Shown here in pieces: positions 28,116 to 32,000 of a stretch of DNA of 32,000 nucleotides (positions are counted from its first letter, which is position 1; every line of letters starts with the position of its first letter). A model generated the notes under the pieces. The model was not told the DNA's origin, made no database searches, and worked only from the letters and a program-made list of their open reading frames with translations. The stretch is from positions 2,185,553 to 2,217,552 of the forward strand of contig NZ_CP060715.1 in the NCBI RefSeq assembly GCF_014396165.1. Reading direction: 5' to 3'. A program made the translations under genes and the position numbers. The DNA comes from Erysipelothrix inopinata (GTDB taxonomy: Bacteria; Bacillota_I; Bacilli_A; Erysipelotrichales; Erysipelotrichaceae).

Positions 28116-29267
28116 TTAATCTTGAGGGCACTTAACACATTCACCCTTTTGAATAATTACTGGATTGTTGGCAGTACCTCGAACTTCAGCATTCGGTTCG
28201 ATAGTAGCTCCCTTCTCCACAATGGCATACTCAATAACTGCATTCTGGCAGATATGGACGCCTGCATGAACAATACTTCGAGCAACATGTGCCCCTTTTT
28301 CGACCATACATTTTCTAGAAATAATTGAAGATTCAACGGTTCCATTAATAATACATCCTGTCGAAATTTCTGCATTATGAACCGATGCATTTTCAGTATA
28401 GTAGGTTGGAACACCACTCTTAGAACGTGTGTTAATGGTGTTACTTCCTTTAAAGAGTGCATTTAAGTTTGCTGTTTCAAGCATCGACATATTAGCACTG
28501 TAATAAGCTTTTAATGAATTAATAATTTCAAGATAGCCTGCATATTCATACATACAGGTACGGTATTGAAGTGAGTAACCACGAATAAGAGAACCAATGT
28601 CTACATACAAGTGATTTTTTTCAGCATGATCAAAGATATCAAATAAAGTATTTTTATTAATCATATAAACATGACCATCGATAGAATGTTTAAGATTATC
28701 ATTATGACTTGATATCATCACACCATCGAGGGTATCGTCTTCACTAATGCTATAGTACTCATCTGCATTTGATGAACGTGTTTTTTCAGTTGGAATCGAT
28801 TTATAGGCAATCGTAATCTCTGCATCACGTTTTTTATGGAAGTTTGTTAATGCTTTAACATCAATGTTATGAACAGCATCTCCCTCCATAATCAATACAT
28901 ATTCTGCTCCAGAACGATTCACAAAGGTACGTTGATTTTCATAGTATCCTTCTTCGGGTTCCAACATTAAGTAGTCAGCAAGCTTTCTTCTTTGTTGAGA
29001 GAATGTAAAGATACCACCACCGACAGCGCCATCTAAATCCCATTCTTGGCCACTACGAATATGGTCATAAATTGAACGGCCACTTTCTTCAATAAAGATA
29101 GCCACTGAATCTATATGTGCTGATGCTATGGCTGATAAAGAGAAATCTATAATACGATAACGACCTGCGAAAGGTAACGCTGCAATGGGTCTATGTGTTG
29201 TGAGAGGGTGCAGTTGTGTTTCATGTCCAGCTAAGTTAATTATTGCGCATACACTATTTTGTCTCAT
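28116..29267 (-). CDS. glgD: glucose-1-phosphate adenylyltransferase regulatory subunit GlgD
   Basis: A GlgC paralog ([21 protein letters not shown]-terminal left-handed beta-helix repeats) lacking the GGxGxRL motif, as is usual for GlgD. Overlaps glgC by 14 nt. Confidence 0.88.
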   Translation of the reverse strand: MRQNSVCAIINLAGHETQLHPLTTHRPIAALPFAGRYRIIDFSLSAIASAHIDSVAIFIEESGRSIYDHIRSGQEWDLDGAVGGGIFTFSQQRRKLADYLMLEPEEGYYENQRTFVNRSGAEYVLIMEGDAVHNIDVKALTNFHKKRDAEITIAYKSIPTEKTRSSNADEYYSISEDDTLDGVMISSHNDNLKHSIDGHVYMINKNTLFDIFDHAEKNHLYVDIGSLIRGYSLQYRTCMYEYAGYLEIINSLKAYYSANMSMLETANLNALFKGSNTINTRSKSGVPTYYTENASVHNAEISTGCIINGTVESSIISRKCMVEKGAHVARSIVHAGVHICQNAVIEYAIVEKGATIEPNAEVRGTANNPVIIQKGECVKCPQD

Positions 29268-30402
29268 ATTTTTTAGCTCCTACAATTTCATGATATCCGA
29301 TTACTTCAATAGATTCAGGAGTACCGATTACTTTAGAGCCATCTGCAATTTGTGCACTTTCGCCAATAATTGCATACTCAACTTGTACGTCTTTTCCAAT
29401 TGAAGCGCCAGTCATCACAATGGATTGTGATACTGTACTGTTTTTACCAACTTTAACATCTTGAGAGATTACCGAGTGTTCAACCAAACCATCGATATAA
29501 CATCCATCACCAATCATTGCATGTTTCACCGTAGCATTACGGGTAATGTATTGAGGTGGAGAGATTGTGACCTTCGTATAAATGGGCCAATGGCTATCTC
29601 TAATTTTTAAAGTATGATTCAAATCTAGGAATTCCATATTTGCTTCCCATAGGCTTTCGATGGTACCAACATCTTTCCAATAGCCTTCAAAGCCATAAGC
29701 AAAGACACGTTCACCATTCGCAATATATGCTGGAATAACATTTTTTCCAAAATCTTCCATTGCGCGATCAGTTGCTTGATCATGAACAAGAAGTTCACGA
29801 AGTTTTGGCCAATCAAAAATATAAACACCCATCGAAGCTAGCGTTCCTTTTGGTTCTTCTGGTTTCTCATGGAATTGAATAACACGACCTAGCGTATCAG
29901 TTTCCATAATTCCAAAACGAGAAGCTTCTTCTAAAGGAACATCGATAACTGCGACCGTTAATGATGCTTCATTTTCTTTATGATATTCAAGCATTGCTTC
30001 ATAGTCCATTTTATAAATATGATCGCCTGATAAAATCAGTACATAATCTGGATTCTTTGAGTCAATATAGCTAATATTTTGATAAATAGCATTCGCAGTT
30101 CCTCGGAACCATTTCTCACCATCTTGACTGGAGAAAGGTTGAAGAATTTTCGCACTGCTATTTCGTCTGGAAAGTCCCCATGATGCACCATTTCCAATAT
30201 GTTCGTTTAATTCCAGAGGTTGGTATTGTGTGACTACCCCGACATCTAACACATTTGAATTTGCACAGTTACTTAATGTAAAATCAATAATTCGATATTT
30301 CCCACCAAACGGTACTGCCGGTTTCGCTGTTTCTTTGGTCAACTTACCCAAACGCGTTCCTTGGCCTCCCGCTAAAATCATTGCTACCATTTCATGTTTC
30401 AT
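29254..30402 (-). CDS. glgC: glucose-1-phosphate adenylyltransferase
   Basis: [45 protein letters not shown]. The ATG at 30402 lies 11 nt from GGAGG. An alternative TTG at 30408 lies 5 nt from it. Confidence 0.92.
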   Translation of the reverse strand: MKHEMVAMILAGGQGTRLGKLTKETAKPAVPFGGKYRIIDFTLSNCANSNVLDVGVVTQYQPLELNEHIGNGASWGLSRRNSSAKILQPFSSQDGEKWFRGTANAIYQNISYIDSKNPDYVLILSGDHIYKMDYEAMLEYHKENEASLTVAVIDVPLEEASRFGIMETDTLGRVIQFHEKPEEPKGTLASMGVYIFDWPKLRELLVHDQATDRAMEDFGKNVIPAYIANGERVFAYGFEGYWKDVGTIESLWEANMEFLDLNHTLKIRDSHWPIYTKVTISPPQYITRNATVKHAMIGDGCYIDGLVEHSVISQDVKVGKNSTVSQSIVMTGASIGKDVQVEYAIIGESAQIADGSKVIGTPESIEVIGYHEIVGAKKYETK

Positions 30403-30546
30403 TTTCAATACTACCTCCTGTAGTACACAATCATGCGCAGCATACACCCCTCAAATTAACTCGAAAGTAAAACAATTCATCTTTAAAACACAAGATAAAG
30501 TTCTACTTGTCTTATTGAAAAAACACTAAGTTATCGCCTCAAAATA

Positions 30547-30613
30547 TGAAAAAAAACCATTCTAATATTATTTTTTCGCAGTAAACTCCTAAAAAATAAT
30601 CTGTAAAATGGTT
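30547..30613 (-). terminator. long composite hairpin plus U8 in the glg leader (terminator/attenuator, or the 3' end of an sRNA)
   Basis: The RNA reads AACCAUU-UUACAG-AUUAUUUUUU-AGGAGUUUACUGCG-AAAAAAUAAU-AUUAG-AAUGGUU followed by U8. Confidence 0.55.
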
Positions 30614-30632
30614 AGCTCTAACTTATGATTAA

Positions 30633-30661
30633 ATTATAACGAGGATATAAGTTTTTGTCAA
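30633..30661 (-). promoter_or_regulatory. consensus sigma-A promoter upstream of the glg operon
   Basis: The minus strand reads TTGACA (30661-30656), an exact 17-nt spacer, then TATAAT (30638-30633). It lies about 230 nt upstream of the glgC start. Confidence 0.7.
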
Positions 30662-30765
30662 TTTTAAATCTTGTTATTGTGAAAATATCATCAAAATAAC
30701 ACATAACAAAAATTTATAGATTATAAAAGTTTCTTTCAAGCTTTGTTTAAGCCTTTAACAAGCTT

Positions 30766-31212
30766 TTATAAACTGAGATCCTTAAAGTATTCTACCTGCC
30801 ACTTTTGAGTACGTGTAGCGGTTGCATTCAAGTCTTTCTCCCAGCTTGGGTAAACGCGGATTGCCATCTTTCCTTTTTGTGATTCTGTCTTTAATATTCC
30901 TTGCTGTTTCAAGACTTCTTGTGGAAAAACGAAAATCCCTCTAAGGTTACCATCAACAATGTTAACAAGTGTAAAATCTACTGAATTATCATTGCTAAAT
31001 GCCTGATTTACGTTCTTTATATCCTTCTCATAAAATGCCACAAAATATCCTTTTTTCTTTGGAGTTTTCTTAGCAAGACGACTTCGATACCTCTTACCTT
31101 CGTGCTCAAATCGACACCCTTCATATTCTTGATTTTGATTTTCTTCAGTGAGGATTATATTTGTGTGTTCCTCAATTCCGAGTCCTATATTAATATTAAC
31201 TAATGAAAGCAT
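30766..31212 (-). CDS. MepB-family protein (function unknown)
   Basis: 148 aa. EYEGCRFEHEGKRYRSRLAKKTPKKKGYFVAFYEKD resembles the conserved core of MepB-like proteins as I recall it. The start abuts the stop of the upstream 67-aa ORF. Confidence 0.55.
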   Translation of the reverse strand: MLSLVNINIGLGIEEHTNIILTEENQNQEYEGCRFEHEGKRYRSRLAKKTPKKKGYFVAFYEKDIKNVNQAFSNDNSVDFTLVNIVDGNLRGIFVFPQEVLKQQGILKTESQKGKMAIRVYPSWEKDLNATATRTQKWQVEYFKDLSL

Positions 31213-31416
31213 TTATTTCTCCTTTTGATGATACCATCGATCTATGATTGTTCCTCCCACTAAAGCTACAAGTGCCGTAGCCCATAAGACTGGCCAACTA
31301 AAGAAACGGCCATGGTTTTGGGGTGCAATCCATAAAAAAGATATCACAAGATAAATTACCGCTACAATAATACCGTAGTATAGTCGGGTCTTTTCAACTT
31401 TTGATATTTTTTTCAT
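31213..31416 (-). CDS. small (67 aa) two-TM membrane protein, hypothetical
   Basis: MKKISKVEKTRLYYGIIVAVIYLVISFLWIAP...WPVLWATALVALVGGTIIDRWYHQKEK. A GAGGAGG RBS lies upstream. There is no spacer between its stop codon and the MepB-like gene's start codon. Confidence 0.55.
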   Translation of the reverse strand: MKKISKVEKTRLYYGIIVAVIYLVISFLWIAPQNHGRFFSWPVLWATALVALVGGTIIDRWYHQKEK

Positions 31417-31469
31417 TCTCGTATTCCTCCTCTTGTTTCTTTGCAGGTACTAAATACAATAAGAAGCGG

Positions 31470-31483
31470 TAGAAAGCTTTCTA
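31470..31483. promoter_or_regulatory. perfect 14-bp palindrome TAGAAAGCTTTCTA upstream of the 67-aa/MepB-like genes (candidate operator)
   Basis: Read directly from the sequence. It lies about 55 nt upstream of the 67-aa ORF start and downstream of a TATAAT at 31529-31524 (minus strand). Confidence 0.35.
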
Positions 31484-31539
31484 TCAGATTTAATGCTATT
31501 AAGAGTGGAAATTGATTTTACAATTATAACATAGAAAGA

Positions 31540-31764
31540 CTAGAGTGATTGATTATTTCGACTCCTGCGCACATTACGATAGTGATTATAGAAGTGAACC
31601 GCAAGTGTCTTTAAAATAATAACAATTGTATAGATAAGCGGCAATGTAAAGGAAGCCTGCCAAGTGATTGAAAAGGACTGATTTTTATAACAAGCTAGGG
31701 CAATATAAAATAACCAAACAATGATTACACTTATAATGTCGGTTTTTAAACGTTGTTTAATCAT
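31540..31764 (-). CDS. small (74 aa) two-TM membrane protein, hypothetical
   Basis: Two hydrophobic helices (IISVIIVWLFYIALACY, LPLIYTIVIILKTLAV) and a basic C-terminal tail. AGGAAGGA lies upstream of the ATG. Confidence 0.5.
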   Translation of the reverse strand: MIKQRLKTDIISVIIVWLFYIALACYKNQSFSITWQASFTLPLIYTIVIILKTLAVHFYNHYRNVRRSRNNQSL

Positions 31765-31831
31765 ATGCTTATCCTTCCTTAATTCTATTTTATCACAACT
31801 TTATTCAACATGTCATGCATACCTCTATAAA

Positions 31832-31852
31832 GAAAAAACCGCTATAAGCGGT
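31832..31852 (-). terminator. intrinsic terminator for a minus-strand transcript entering from the right edge
   Basis: The RNA reads ACCGCU-UAU-AGCGGU followed by U6. Confidence 0.55.
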
Positions 31853-32000
31853 CTTCCCAATCACCTCAAGAGATAACGATATTATATGCTTGTGCGTCTG
31901 GTGATTAATTAAAGTATAACTTAATCAATAAACAACTATGTAAAAATATCGTGAAAAGAAGATGAACATTTAGGGAAATAAGCCCTTTCACTTAAGTTTT

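Noticed and set aside
28122-28462. Overlapping ORFs of 101 aa (same strand) and 68 aa (opposite strand) within the glgD 3' region.
   Set aside because: The glgD frame shows clear GlgC-family beta-helix homology. The alternative frames show none and lack start signals.
31853-32000. Possible 3' end of a minus-strand CDS (frame ending ...FHDIFT, stop near 31936) and an AATCACC/GGTGATT hairpin.
   Set aside because: Too little sequence lies inside the window to support a call. It is noted only as the likely source of the terminator at 31832-31852.

Overview
AT-rich, Bacillota-type chromosomal segment. All supported genes but one lie on the minus strand. Reading right to left in transcription order:

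- **Membrane/MepB genes (31.8-30.7 kb):** two small membrane-protein genes and a MepB-like gene.
- **Alpha-glucan supercluster (30.66-10.1 kb):** glgC-glgD-glgB(frameshifted)-glgA; a stand-alone hypothetical gene plus a small frameshifted ORF; cytoplasmic alpha-amylase and cytoplasmic type I pullulanase; malE-malF-malG and a lipoprotein GH13 amylase; a LacI/MalR-type regulator; alpha-glucan phosphorylase and MalQ; a 42-aa membrane ORF.
- **IS200-type insertion sequence (about 9.3-10.07 kb).**
- **TetR-GNAT pair.**
- **LPXTG surface protein** with a MucBP-like domain and a PVDPVK tandem repeat.
- **Orphan PTS EIIC**, the only plus-strand gene.
- **Pyrimidine operon (4.9 kb to window start):** pyrR-pyrB-pyrC-carA-carB(partial), with a near-consensus promoter and two PyrR-type attenuators.

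I found no CRISPR array, defence island, secretion system or biosynthetic cluster, and no convincing novel multi-gene system. The window is mostly core carbon and nucleotide metabolism.

The observations most worth follow-up:

1. An intact, translationally coupled CarA homolog has lost the glutaminase signature residues (no nucleophile Cys, no His).
2. A perfect consensus promoter drives a roughly 78-nt structured RNA ending in a U8 terminator, about 145 nt upstream of glgC. It could be an sRNA or an attenuator leader.
3. Two independent 1-nt homopolymer frameshifts occur, one in glgB and one in a small ORF. They are either real inactivation or assembly error.
4. An uncharacterised roughly 292-aa protein sits as its own transcription unit inside the glucan cluster.
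5. The IS200 element has an anti-SD hairpin and is flanked by an unexpected 12-bp direct repeat.

All calls come from reading the translations and sequence by eye. No searches were run.
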